Below are positions 18,669-27,988 of a DNA stretch of 64,000 bases, piece by piece. The notes under the pieces are model-generated. The model saw only the letters and a list, made by a program, of their open reading frames with translations. It made no database searches and had not been told where the DNA came from. Within the stretch, counting starts at the first letter, position 1. Every line of letters starts with the position of its first letter. A program made the translations under genes and the position numbers. Origin of the DNA: an uncultured Gemmatimonadales bacterium (GTDB taxonomy: Bacteria > Gemmatimonadota > Gemmatimonadetes > Gemmatimonadales > GWC2-71-9); assembly GCA_963795085.1 (NCBI GenBank), contig CAWCFX010000006.1, forward strand, positions 608,001 through 672,000. The letters are read 5' to 3'.

Positions 18669-19663
18669 GTGGTGCTGGAGGGGAGGAGCGGCGGCGTCCG
18701 CCCGCCTTCGAGCCGCCATCCGAAGAGCAGTTCCGCGAGGCCGGTCACTTTCAGTCCGAGTTTCCACGACGGCTCCCGGCGATTCATCCCGAACCGGGGC
18801 AGCGCGCCGCCGCTACGGTACCCGCCCCAGGTTCGCCCGGCCAGGGTGAGGCTGGCCAGCATCCCGGCATCCCGGCCCTGCCGTTCGGTTTGCGCGTCGT
18901 AGAGTCCAAAGGGAATCGCCAGCACAGGGGCCACCCTGGGCAAGGCCCTCTGCAGGACCTGGTGGGCCTCGCGAATCTCATCGACCGCCTCCGCGTCTCC
19001 GAGCAGGGGCAGTACCGGATGGGTCACGGTATGCACGCCGAATTCCACCTGCGACAGGGCGCCGATTCGCACCAGTTCTTCAAAGGTCATCGCCCGGTGC
19101 CTGGTCGCGAAACCGGTGTGGGTTTCGAGCTGGGCCAGGGACGATTCATGCCCCGGGGGCCACCGTCCCCCGTGGACCCGGAGTATCCATTGCCGCAGCG
19201 GCCGCAGTGGGCCAAACTCGCGGGGCTGTCCTCGGCGGTACGCCTCGTCGAGTCCGAGCCCGTGCTCGAACTGCCGCCACCGGGCAGGATCCACCCGGGG
19301 ATGAAGGTCCTCGATCCGGTCCCACCAGAATGACGCCCCCGTCCCGGATGCGCCGGTCGTGACAAAAACGGTTACCGGGATATTCTCGGTCCGGATCAGG
19401 TCGGCCGCTTCCAGCAGGGAGGCGTATCCGTCATCGAATGTGATTGCGGCAAGGCCCCGGGTCGAACGGCGCTGGCGATGCTGGTCCAGCATGGCGGTCA
19501 GCGGTACGATCTGGGCGACCCTCCGCACGGCTGCCACGAGCTGGGCAAACCGTTCCAGTGGGAGGTGCATGAGACTGGTGGCGGGCAGGTCGGCAGTGGT
19601 AAGGCTGTGGAAACAGAGCACCGACCCGCCGGACGAGGCGCTGAGGGGGGGACGCAAGGTCAT
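18665..19663 (-). CDS. Polysaccharide deacetylase family protein
   Basis: LCFH, ITFDDGY, FWWD, GVHTVTHP and AIPFG. ATG 19663 overlaps the upstream TGA. Confidence 0.87.
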   Translation of the reverse strand: MTLRPPLSASSGGSVLCFHSLTTADLPATSLMHLPLERFAQLVAAVRRVAQIVPLTAMLDQHRQRRSTRGLAAITFDDGYASLLEAADLIRTENIPVTVFVTTGASGTGASFWWDRIEDLHPRVDPARWRQFEHGLGLDEAYRRGQPREFGPLRPLRQWILRVHGGRWPPGHESSLAQLETHTGFATRHRAMTFEELVRIGALSQVEFGVHTVTHPVLPLLGDAEAVDEIREAHQVLQRALPRVAPVLAIPFGLYDAQTERQGRDAGMLASLTLAGRTWGGYRSGGALPRFGMNRREPSWKLGLKVTGLAELLFGWRLEGGRTPPLLPSSTT

Positions 19664-21021
19664 CGACCGCTGACGTACCAGTCGCTGATCCATTGGTACA
19701 TATCGAACGGCACCGGGTTCAGACCCCCGCCATACGTGGGATTCCAGGTTACTCCCCGAAAGGCTGGTTCCTGATCGGGAAAAAAATACTGCACGTTGGT
19801 TTCTTGGAGAACGCTTCGGCCGTCCACCCACATTCGCGCGATACCATTGCTCATCCCCCGGCCGTTGGCCTGGACCAGGTACTCCACCTTGTGCCATGAC
19901 CCCAGGTTCCGCAGCGTTGGAAAGGTACTTTGCATCTGCCGGTTCAGCGTGGCCCGGGAACTCTGCAGGTGGACCCCGAGCCGGTTGGTCAGGTTGAAAT
20001 AATGGTTGACATTGCGCTGGCCATCCTCATACGGGGTCAGGATAAAGGAAAATTTGACGTTGTTGTTCCCGTTGTTGGTGAAATTGTCGCTGAGCTTCAT
20101 CCAGAGGCACATGTAGAATGCCGTGACATGGCGGGGGAAATGGAAGTCCGCCCGGAACGGGCCCCGCCCTCCCGGCGCTCCCTGGGGGAACCGGCCCTCC
20201 AGCACCCGCTTGGAAGCTGTGGGGGCGCCGGCATCGGTCACGACCCGGAATCGCTCCCGGCGAGCCGTCACCATCCAGCCTTCACCGCCGCGCTCCCGGC
20301 CCGAGGGAGGCACCTCTTCCCAGGGCCGGCTGGAAAACGCATCGAACCCCGGTGGCTCATTGCCGCACGCCCCGAGTCGTCCGGCGGCAGCCGGCAAGGC
20401 AGGTGCCGGGGAAGTTGTGGCGGGGTCGTGGACCGGGGCAGGAGCTGGTTGACGGGGCGGGTGCCCACTGGGCGGCCCCCCCGCCACCGCCGGCGGGGAT
20501 CCCGGGGTGGGAAACTGGACCAGGAAACGCCCCGAATCGAGTGGATCCGTGGTAACGGCACCCTGGAGGGTCGGCGCGGGATACCGCCAAGTCAATAACA
20601 CCGGCCGGGACGGGACGTTATTGCGATAGCTGCGGAGGGTACTCGAGAAGTCGACCTGTAACGGGCCTGGGGTAAGGAGCAGGCTGAAGGTGTCCTCCGC
20701 AGACCGCAGGCGGCGCTCGAGAATCAGGGAACTTGGCCCCCGGTTCCGCTGCACCCGGACCATCAGCTCAAAACTGTCCGGCGTCCCACGCGGGTCAGCC
20801 CCGGTCCAGGTCAGCCGGAACCGTACGGTGGTATCGGACGCAGGCGGAGAAGCAGGCGCCGCGGGCACTGGTTGCACCGCCTGGGGGGTGGAACCCGCCG
20901 GCAGGCAGAGGGTAAGCAGCAGCCCGCCGACACTGGCTACCAGCACGGCCGCCATGAGTCTTCCCGAAACCGGGGAAACCGCCGTGCCCGGCCGAGAGGA
21001 AGCGGGCCGGGGCCGGCGCAT
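19660..21021 (-). CDS. Secreted protein: N-terminal beta-rich (FN3-like) region, Pro-rich linker, C-terminal 'TWNPTYGGG' domain (paralogue A)
   Basis: Hydrophobic N-terminal segment. The C-terminal ~235 aa align by eye with the products of 21023-23389 and 24493-25440. Start may be ATG 20956. Confidence 0.75.
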   Translation of the reverse strand: MRRPRPASSRPGTAVSPVSGRLMAAVLVASVGGLLLTLCLPAGSTPQAVQPVPAAPASPPASDTTVRFRLTWTGADPRGTPDSFELMVRVQRNRGPSSLILERRLRSAEDTFSLLLTPGPLQVDFSSTLRSYRNNVPSRPVLLTWRYPAPTLQGAVTTDPLDSGRFLVQFPTPGSPPAVAGGPPSGHPPRQPAPAPVHDPATTSPAPALPAAAGRLGACGNEPPGFDAFSSRPWEEVPPSGRERGGEGWMVTARRERFRVVTDAGAPTASKRVLEGRFPQGAPGGRGPFRADFHFPRHVTAFYMCLWMKLSDNFTNNGNNNVKFSFILTPYEDGQRNVNHYFNLTNRLGVHLQSSRATLNRQMQSTFPTLRNLGSWHKVEYLVQANGRGMSNGIARMWVDGRSVLQETNVQYFFPDQEPAFRGVTWNPTYGGGLNPVPFDMYQWISDWYVSGR

Positions 21022-21022
21022 G

Positions 21023-23389
21023 TCAGCGTATGCTCAGGTACCAGTTGTCGATGAACTGGTACTGGGTGTAGGGAACCGGGTTCAGGCCTCCGCCGTAGGT
21101 GGGATTCCAGGTAATCCCATTGAACAGCGGAGGCTGGTTGGAAAAGAAGTACTCGACATTGGACACGCTGAGTACCTGGGACCCGTTAGCCCAGACTTTG
21201 GCCACGCCGTCCACGTTGCCCAGCGTGTTGCCAATGATCAGCCATTCGATCTTGACCCACTGGCCCCGGTGGCCGATCAGGCTGAAGCTGCTGAGCATGG
21301 TCCGGTTCAACTGGGTCGCCCCACTCTGCAGCTGGACCCCCACGTTGTTGGTCATGTTGAAATAGTGGTTCAGTCCGAAGGTCCCGCCGGTGTAGGGCGT
21401 GAGGAAGAACCCGAATTTGACGTTGTTGTTGCCGCCGTTGGTGAAAGCCGGATCCAGCATGGTGAAGACACACATGTAGATCATGTCCGTCTGCCGGAAT
21501 GTCCGGGTCAGCCCGAAGGGCGCGGTGCCGCCATTGTGGCCCTGGGGAAACGAGCCGGCCACGATGTTGCTCGGCGTCAGCGGGGCCGTGGCGTCCTGGA
21601 CGATACTGAGTTTGTTTGCCTCGTTCTGGTTGCGCACATTCCAGCCGTACTGGTCCTTGGTAGGCTGGATCGGGGGGATGGCATCCCAGGGGTGGTCGAA
21701 GACCGGGGTCATCCCGGACGGCTCGTTCGAGCACGCGGCACTGGTCGGAGGCAGGTTCGAGGCGGTGACCGTGGCCGAGTCTGACAGTGTCCCGCCCTGC
21801 TGGGTAGCGATGACCAGGCAGGTTGCGGGCGCGCCCGGCGCGGTATACTGGCCGCTGGTCGTCACCGACCCGCACGTCGCCGTCCAGTTCACGTTAACCG
21901 TTGTTGTTCCGCCATTACTCAAGTTGCCCACGGCCGTAAACTGCTGCAACCCGCCCGTCAGCAGGGCGGAGCTGGACGGCGAGACCGTGAGCCGGGTCAG
22001 CGTTGCCTGCGAGGTGACAGTCACGTCGGCGGTATCCGCTACCGACCCCACCTTGGCGATAACCCGGTAGGAACCTGGCTGCGCCGGCGCGGTATACGCG
22101 CCGGCGGCGGTGATCGTGCCACCGGTCACCTGGTAGGTCGGGATAATCGTGGCCTGGCTGCCATCGCTGTAGGTGCCGGTCGCCGAAAATTGCTGCCCGG
22201 AGCCCGCCAGGATGGAAACGGTGCGGGGACGGATCCGGACACTGGTGAGCACGACGTTGGGCTGATTGATCTGGACGGTCGACGTATCGGCGAACAGCCC
22301 GTTGGTAGTGGTCGCAAACACGTTATAGGCGCCAACGGTCTGGCCCGCGGTGTACAGGCCCCCCGCAGTTATGGTACCGCCGGTGGCGACGAAGGTCACC
22401 GCGACCGGGGCCGTCGAACTGTCGGAAAACTTTCCGAGGACGGTGAACTGCTGGGCGCTGCCAGTCGTTAGCGACGAGGTCGGTGGGGAGAGGATAACCC
22501 GTACCATGCTGCTTGCCGCAACGACCACGTCAGCCGTGTCTGCCTTTCCGCTCGCCAGGTGCCTGGCAATCACCCGGTAGCTGCCCGGGACCTGGGTGGC
22601 CGTGTACAGCCCCGACGAAGTGATCTGGCCGGCCGTCGTGGTATATACGGCAGCAGCTGGTGCGAACGTTCCGTCCGTATAGTTGGCAAAGGCAATGAAC
22701 TGTTGCCGGGTGCCCGGCCGGAGGGTGACGGTGTCGGGACTCAACACCACAGATTGGACCGTTGGTGCCTGGCTGGTGATGGTGACGCCCACCGTGTCCG
22801 CCACCGTCTGCGTGGTGCTGGTGGCAATAACCTGGAATGATCCCAGGTTCGGGCCCGCGGTAAAGTTGCCCACCTGGTCCACGGTTCCCCCCGTGGCGGT
22901 CCAGGTGACCGACGCCGCGGCAATGGAACTATCGCTGAAATGCGCTTCAGCCACGAACGGCCGCACCTCGCCCGGAGCGAGAATGGGACTGATGGGATTG
23001 ATCACGATGTCCGTCAGGACCACCGCCGGTGCAGTGACGGTGACCAGGGCGGTATCGGCCGGGTGAGGCGCGAAACGGGCCCGCGCAATCACCTGGTAGG
23101 TCCCCACCGATGCCGCGGAGAAGAATCCGCCGGTCGTCAGGGTCCCGCCGTCTGCTGTCCAGTCGAGGGGAACCTGGATACTGTCCCCCAGCGTGTTGAG
23201 CCCGTAGGTGTCGAACCGGAACACGTCGCCAGCGGAAATGGTGACATTCCCGGGGTTCAAGAAGACCTGAGCAACCGACAGGTTCGGATCAATCCCACCG
23301 TTGTCCTTCAAATCCGCACGGCAGGCCAGGAGGGTCAGGGCAAGGACAAGCAGTTGCGAAGGGAGGCGAAAGCGAGTGGACTCCGTCAT
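21023..23389 (-). CDS. Lipoprotein with six Ig-like (Big_2-type) repeats and C-terminal 'TWNPTYGGG' domain (paralogue B)
   Basis: Lipobox LLAC. Six ~85-aa repeats (V..P..V.L..G..QQF....GG.IT..G.YTA...G.Y.V.A...ADT..VTVT). Shared C-terminal domain. Confidence 0.85.
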   Translation of the reverse strand: MTESTRFRLPSQLLVLALTLLACRADLKDNGGIDPNLSVAQVFLNPGNVTISAGDVFRFDTYGLNTLGDSIQVPLDWTADGGTLTTGGFFSAASVGTYQVIARARFAPHPADTALVTVTAPAVVLTDIVINPISPILAPGEVRPFVAEAHFSDSSIAAASVTWTATGGTVDQVGNFTAGPNLGSFQVIATSTTQTVADTVGVTITSQAPTVQSVVLSPDTVTLRPGTRQQFIAFANYTDGTFAPAAAVYTTTAGQITSSGLYTATQVPGSYRVIARHLASGKADTADVVVAASSMVRVILSPPTSSLTTGSAQQFTVLGKFSDSSTAPVAVTFVATGGTITAGGLYTAGQTVGAYNVFATTTNGLFADTSTVQINQPNVVLTSVRIRPRTVSILAGSGQQFSATGTYSDGSQATIIPTYQVTGGTITAAGAYTAPAQPGSYRVIAKVGSVADTADVTVTSQATLTRLTVSPSSSALLTGGLQQFTAVGNLSNGGTTTVNVNWTATCGSVTTSGQYTAPGAPATCLVIATQQGGTLSDSATVTASNLPPTSAACSNEPSGMTPVFDHPWDAIPPIQPTKDQYGWNVRNQNEANKLSIVQDATAPLTPSNIVAGSFPQGHNGGTAPFGLTRTFRQTDMIYMCVFTMLDPAFTNGGNNNVKFGFFLTPYTGGTFGLNHYFNMTNNVGVQLQSGATQLNRTMLSSFSLIGHRGQWVKIEWLIIGNTLGNVDGVAKVWANGSQVLSVSNVEYFFSNQPPLFNGITWNPTYGGGLNPVPYTQYQFIDNWYLSIR

Positions 23390-23455
23390 AGGACCTTCCG
23401 AATCTGAACGTGGCGCGCCCCAACCCGGCCAGCGGAGCGGGTTTGGCAGTCTCGG

Positions 23456-23507
23456 ATAATAAGCAAGAAATGTACGGGGTTGTCAAAACGAATTTGTAAC
23501 ATGTTAC
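23456..23507 (-). promoter_or_regulatory. Putative sigma70 promoter (TTGACA-N19-TATTAT) with upstream perfect palindrome GTAACATGTTAC
   Basis: -35 at 23486-23481, -10 at 23461-23456, palindrome at 23496-23507. The spacer is longer than the optimal 17. Confidence 0.5.
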
Positions 23508-23567
23508 CTGGCAGCAAGTTAGCGAACGAGCCGACCCGGAGACCCACCGCTGGCGGCCCCCCCGGCT

Positions 23568-24383
23568 TCACCGCGAGGTGGATTCGGACTGAGTGACCAG
23601 CCAGGCGTGGCGGGTCCCGTGCAGATTACGCTGCAACTCCGCGTAGTTCTCGATGCGTTCCGCCAGTGATGTCGTGGCCTGCTTTCTGGTCCGGACCTGG
23701 AGATCCGCAGAGGGGTCCACCCCGAGGAACTCGAGGAGGCGCGTCATCGCCTCGGGGTTCCCCAGGTCTTCGTAAGCTGTCCACAGGACCGGCTGCTGCG
23801 GGTGGCGGGTAGCGAGGGCCACCATGCGATAGAAAACCTCCCGTTTGCGTATGAACCGCAGCAACTCGGGAGTGTCCACGTGGACTCGTGGCGGCGGACC
23901 CGCCGGCACCGGGACCGTTCCATCCCGGGGCATGCTGCTCCAGACGTTGGTGTGTTCGGCGAGCCGCTGGCTGACGAACTGCTCGAGCCATTGCCTCCGG
24001 CGCAGGATAATCTTGCGAACCCCCCGGTCGCGCAGCAGGGAGAGGAGCAGAGGAGTGTTCTGGCGGGAGAGCAGTTTGAAACCCACGGCTCGGGCACCGT
24101 CCGTATGACCGTACACCCGCGCCGCAAAGGCCCAGGGGTCCGCGTCGCGCTCGGACACCGAGCCAAAGCTGAGGCCGGTTCCCTTGTACCGAAGCGACCG
24201 GTGAATCTCTCCAGTATTGAAGAGTTCGTGATGACAAATAATCCCGGGATGGCTGTCCAGCATGGCTGCCAGAAGGTTGGAACCACTACGGGACAGCCCC
24301 ACGATCACGAACTGGGTGGCTTTTCCGGGAAGGTAGTCACCGCCCCAGGTGTACCGTGCAAACTGCAAGGCCCTACGCAGCAT
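23568..24383 (-). CDS. Sulfotransferase (Stf0-like)
   Basis: VGLSRSGSNLL, HELFN, GFKL, ILRRR..LEQFVS and YEDL. Confidence 0.82.
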   Translation of the reverse strand: MLRRALQFARYTWGGDYLPGKATQFVIVGLSRSGSNLLAAMLDSHPGIICHHELFNTGEIHRSLRYKGTGLSFGSVSERDADPWAFAARVYGHTDGARAVGFKLLSRQNTPLLLSLLRDRGVRKIILRRRQWLEQFVSQRLAEHTNVWSSMPRDGTVPVPAGPPPRVHVDTPELLRFIRKREVFYRMVALATRHPQQPVLWTAYEDLGNPEAMTRLLEFLGVDPSADLQVRTRKQATTSLAERIENYAELQRNLHGTRHAWLVTQSESTSR

Positions 24384-24446
24384 CGGGTTCCCCCGGAAGA
24401 ATTTCGAGAGGGAAACTTACTCTCCTGCCGCGAAACCCCAAAGGAC

Positions 24447-24487
24447 AAAAACCGGTCTCCGGGCGCCTCAGCCCCCCCGGAGACCGG
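24447..24487 (-). terminator. Rho-independent terminator after paralogue C
   Basis: 12-bp stem CCGGTCTCCGGG/CCCGGAGACCGG followed by T5 on the minus strand, starting 6 nt after the stop codon. Confidence 0.85.
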
Positions 24488-24492
24488 GTTCC

Positions 24493-25440
24493 TCAGCTGC
24501 CGCTGACGTACCAGTTGTCGACCCACTGGAACATGTCGAACGGCACGGGATTCGTCCCTCCGCCATAGGTCGGATTCCACGTGAGGCCGATGAACTTGGG
24601 GGTCTGGCCAGCGTGGAAGTATTGGACATCCGCCACGTTCAGCACCTGGTTGCCGTCCACCCAGATCCGGGCCACACCGTCCTGCTTGCCCTTCGTGTTC
24701 GCCAGGAAAAGAAACTCGAACTTGTGCCACTCGTCTCCGTAGTTCATCGTCTTCCACGTGCTCTTCATCTGCCGGTTGAGCTTGAGGTTGGAGCTCTGAA
24801 GATGGACGCCGAGTTCGGGGGTGAGATTGAAATAGTGATTGATACTGCTGGATCCCGACCAGTACGGAGACAGCAGGAACCCGAACTTGACGTTGGCATT
24901 CTTATTGTTTGTAAAATTGGAACTCAGCTTGTGCCACATGCATTGATAGACCCTGGTCACGTTCCGGCCGAACTTGAGCTCCAGGTTGAACGGGCCGGTG
25001 CCGCCCCTTACGCCCTTGGCGAACTTACCCTCCATGATCTTGCTCGGCGAACCTGGGGCGCCGGCATCGGTCCGGATGGTCAGCCGGGACTGGACCGAGG
25101 TAGAGTTGCGCCAGCCGTAAGGATCGAGCACCGGCGGAAGCGGAGGAATGGCATTCCAGGGTTGGTTCGTGAAGGTCGTATAGCCCGCGGGCTCATTGGT
25201 GCAGCCAGTCGCGTTCACGGTCGTCAGAGCAAAGGGCGTGAGAGCAGAAAGGCCATTGATTCCCGGATCGCCAAAATTCTCAACGCGGCCATCCTCTTGC
25301 CCCGCCCCACCACCCCCGAGTCGCGGGTCACTGGGTGATAAAAACCCACCCTGGTCAGAGCATCCAACAGTGAAAACGCCGGCGAGGACCAGCACATGGG
25401 CCTGCGCCAGGCGGCGGGAAAGTCGATAGGTGAATGCCAT
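24493..25440 (-). CDS. Lipoprotein consisting mostly of the 'TWNPTYGGG' domain (paralogue C)
   Basis: MAFTYRLSRRLA...FTVGC lipoprotein signal, AGGAG SD upstream, shared domain. Confidence 0.85.
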   Translation of the reverse strand: MAFTYRLSRRLAQAHVLVLAGVFTVGCSDQGGFLSPSDPRLGGGGAGQEDGRVENFGDPGINGLSALTPFALTTVNATGCTNEPAGYTTFTNQPWNAIPPLPPVLDPYGWRNSTSVQSRLTIRTDAGAPGSPSKIMEGKFAKGVRGGTGPFNLELKFGRNVTRVYQCMWHKLSSNFTNNKNANVKFGFLLSPYWSGSSSINHYFNLTPELGVHLQSSNLKLNRQMKSTWKTMNYGDEWHKFEFLFLANTKGKQDGVARIWVDGNQVLNVADVQYFHAGQTPKFIGLTWNPTYGGGTNPVPFDMFQWVDNWYVSGS

Positions 25441-25708
25441 CAGAGTTCTCCTGGGTGTGCTCGCACCCCCGGGAGGCTGGGCATGGCCAGAACCCCGCCG
25501 GCAAAGGCGCGAGTAAACAGTTGTCGTGTGTGTTGGTAGAGAAACGCTGGGTGAGACGCGTCCTGAAGGACTGCAAATACCCCCGCTCCAGAATCAGGCC
25601 CGTTGGCCATCTGACCAAGGCCCGTGCTACAAGCTCAGTCTGTGTTGCCCCCCCTGTTCAAGTTCTTGTGCTCAGCACCGCGGTGCTTCGGTATCGGAGC
25701 GCACAAGC

Positions 25709-25721
25709 TAACACGTTGATT
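25709..25721. promoter_or_regulatory. IHF-consensus site
   Basis: TAACACGTTGATT matches YAA-N4-TTGATW exactly, in an AT-rich intergenic tract. Confidence 0.45.
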
Positions 25722-25763
25722 GACAAGGGGAAATACTGAGTTTTTCTACAGAAGTGATTCAAA

Positions 25764-26966
25764 TCACACAAATGTGTCGTTAAATTTTTCGATAGGAGCT
25801 GCCCTGAGTTGAACGGTCATCCAATTCACAATTCTTTCCCGGTCTACAGGCCCCAGCAGCCCATGCACGGGAACCGTGATCAGTGATGCCACCAGGCACT
25901 CGGCACCCGGAAACCGCTCTGCGGTATCGCTGCTCAGACTCAGTGCATTCAGGACTTTGGGGTAGCCCGGCATGATGCCGAGCGCGGCGCCCGAAGCGGC
26001 GGCCCGCGCCGGTGCATCTTCGCCCAGCGCGGGCAGCCGAAGGTAGCCGGACCGGCCGATCCCTCCCCCGGGAAACCGAATGGATTCGCCCAGCTGGCTC
26101 CGGAACCACTCTGCATTGGCCCGCCTCCGGTCCGCCTCCGCCCACACCAGGCCCGCCGTTGCCCTGAGAATCCCGGCCGCCGCGCTGGAGATCCCAGCTG
26201 GCGCCTCCGGCTCCCGGTAGACGGTCTCCCCCAGCCGCAGGAAGGGAAGCGAGGCCGGGATGCCGTAAAGCGCCGGGCGGGCCAGTGTACACTGAACCAT
26301 GGCGGCGGCCAGGGTCCGGACTTCCCCCGGGCCCGCTCCCAGCTGCGGCGAAAGCGCCAGGAGCGCTTCCTGCCCGGCGGGGGTATTGGGAAGCAACGCT
26401 CCGCCGCCTCCACCGGTGAGTCCCTTGCCCCGCCCGAACGAGAGCACGCCCAGGTCGCCCAGGGCGCCCAGCGGTCGCTCGTCAATGCTGCCCCCGATGC
26501 CCTGGGCCGCGTCCTCGATCAAGAGGATACCGGCGCCCTCGGCGAGCCGCCGGATAGGCCGCAGGTCCACGGGGATGCCGTACAAATGGACGATGACGAT
26601 TGCGCTTACCCCCGCCGCCACCGCTGCCTCGACGGAGGCCGGGTGGGGAGCCAGGGTGCGCGGGTCCAGGTCGTACCAGCGGACCGGGACGCCCGCCCCC
26701 TGGGCCGACGTCACCAAATCAAAACAGCCCCAGGCCGGCAGCGCCACTGGCAATCCGAGCCGGCGGTAGACGGCCAGGAGGGCCAGGGACAGCGCCGCGG
26801 TCCCGCTGGAGGTAAGCAGCGGCCGGCCGACGGCGAACTCCCGCTCGAGCCACTGGGAGAGGGCGCGGCGGGCAGCCGGTCCGCCGCCCAGGAGCGCGCG
26901 CACCCCGGTCCAGAGCGCCCCGGCCGGCAGCGGCGAATACACCGGGAGCTGGCGGCGAAGGCTCAC
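25764..26966 (-). CDS. DegT/DnrJ/EryC1/StrS family PLP-dependent sugar aminotransferase
   Basis: SSGTAAL, VHLYGIP, IEDAAQ and SFGRGK (PLP lysine). GTG start overlaps the upstream TGA. Confidence 0.87.
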   Translation of the reverse strand: MSLRRQLPVYSPLPAGALWTGVRALLGGGPAARRALSQWLEREFAVGRPLLTSSGTAALSLALLAVYRRLGLPVALPAWGCFDLVTSAQGAGVPVRWYDLDPRTLAPHPASVEAAVAAGVSAIVIVHLYGIPVDLRPIRRLAEGAGILLIEDAAQGIGGSIDERPLGALGDLGVLSFGRGKGLTGGGGGALLPNTPAGQEALLALSPQLGAGPGEVRTLAAAMVQCTLARPALYGIPASLPFLRLGETVYREPEAPAGISSAAAGILRATAGLVWAEADRRRANAEWFRSQLGESIRFPGGGIGRSGYLRLPALGEDAPARAAASGAALGIMPGYPKVLNALSLSSDTAERFPGAECLVASLITVPVHGLLGPVDRERIVNWMTVQLRAAPIEKFNDTFV

Positions 26967-27988
26967 GGGATATACCGGACGATCCTGGGGCCGAGCCGGG
27001 TGGCGAGGGGGAGGGGGAGGTGCTTCCAGAGGCGGGGTCCCCAACTGAAGGCGCCTTCGTCGGGAGACGGGGTGGCCGCCGGCTCGCCTTCCCGGGTGTG
27101 CTGGTACCAGTGCAACTGCTCGTCCCGGGATCCCCATTGCCGCTTGAACCGGTGGGTGCCGCCATCGGGCGTGCAGCGCCCGAAGTTGAAAATGGCGAGC
27201 CTCCGCTCGATCGCCCGCTCCATGAACGACCAGTACAGCAGCATGTTGGGGGCGATCCGGTTGAACTCGGCGAGCGAGGAGGCCCAGGTCATCTCGAATT
27301 CGCTCTCCCAGACAAACCCGGCCCCGCAGGCGACCGGCCGCCCATCGAGCCAGGCGCAGCCGAACCAGGCGTCCTCGGCGAACTCCCGGGAGATGGCCTG
27401 AAAGAACCGGAGCGGCAGGGTGGGAGTCCCCAGGTCGCGCATGTGGCGGGAGAAGACCGCGAAGAACGGCTCGACCTGGTCGGGCCCGAAGCGCACCGTC
27501 ACCCCCTCCTTCTGGGGCCGGCGTACCTGGCTGCGCACCTTGGCGGGAATCCGCTTGAAAAGCTCGTCGGCGGTGGCGGGGAGGTCCAGCACCACGGTGA
27601 CCTTCCGGTGGGAGACGGGAAGGTCCACCGGCAGCGGCACCCGGCTCCGGAGCTCCAGCAGCCGGGCCCCGCTGGACTGGGCCAGCCGCACGGCCGCAGC
27701 CGCGAGGAGGCCCACCGCGTCGGCGCCGCCGAGGGGGCCGCCGTAGTTGAGGAACGGCATGGACACGAGGAAGTGGCCGAAGATCGCGCTCTTCACCCGC
27801 ACCAGCGGCAGGACGCCAGCGAGCCGGCCAGACTCGTCCCGGGCCGCGAGATAGGGGCAGGAGTGGCCAAACACCTCGCGAATGACCGTGCGCCAGCCCA
27901 GCAGGTGAAAGTGGGTGAAGCCCGGCTGGGACCGGGCAAACTCGTCCCAGGCCGCAGCGGGGCCTTCGTAGGGCGCGACGGTCAGCAT
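26963..27988 (-). CDS. FemAB-like GNAT-fold protein, PEP-CTERM/XrtA-system type
   Basis: GVLPLVRVKSAIFG, SMPFLNYGG, MRDLGTP, WASS, PNMLLYW, FNFGR and FKRQWG. Start at 27988 or 28012. Confidence 0.88.
   Translation of the reverse strand: MLTVAPYEGPAAAWDEFARSQPGFTHFHLLGWRTVIREVFGHSCPYLAARDESGRLAGVLPLVRVKSAIFGHFLVSMPFLNYGGPLGGADAVGLLAAAAVRLAQSSGARLLELRSRVPLPVDLPVSHRKVTVVLDLPATADELFKRIPAKVRSQVRRPQKEGVTVRFGPDQVEPFFAVFSRHMRDLGTPTLPLRFFQAISREFAEDAWFGCAWLDGRPVACGAGFVWESEFEMTWASSLAEFNRIAPNMLLYWSFMERAIERRLAIFNFGRCTPDGGTHRFKRQWGSRDEQLHWYQHTREGEPAATPSPDEGAFSWGPRLWKHLPLPLATRLGPRIVRYIP

Noticed and set aside
25614..25629. Sigma54 promoter for paralogue C (TAGCACGGGCCTTGGT)
   Set aside because: Both invariant dinucleotides are altered (AG for GG, GG for GC).
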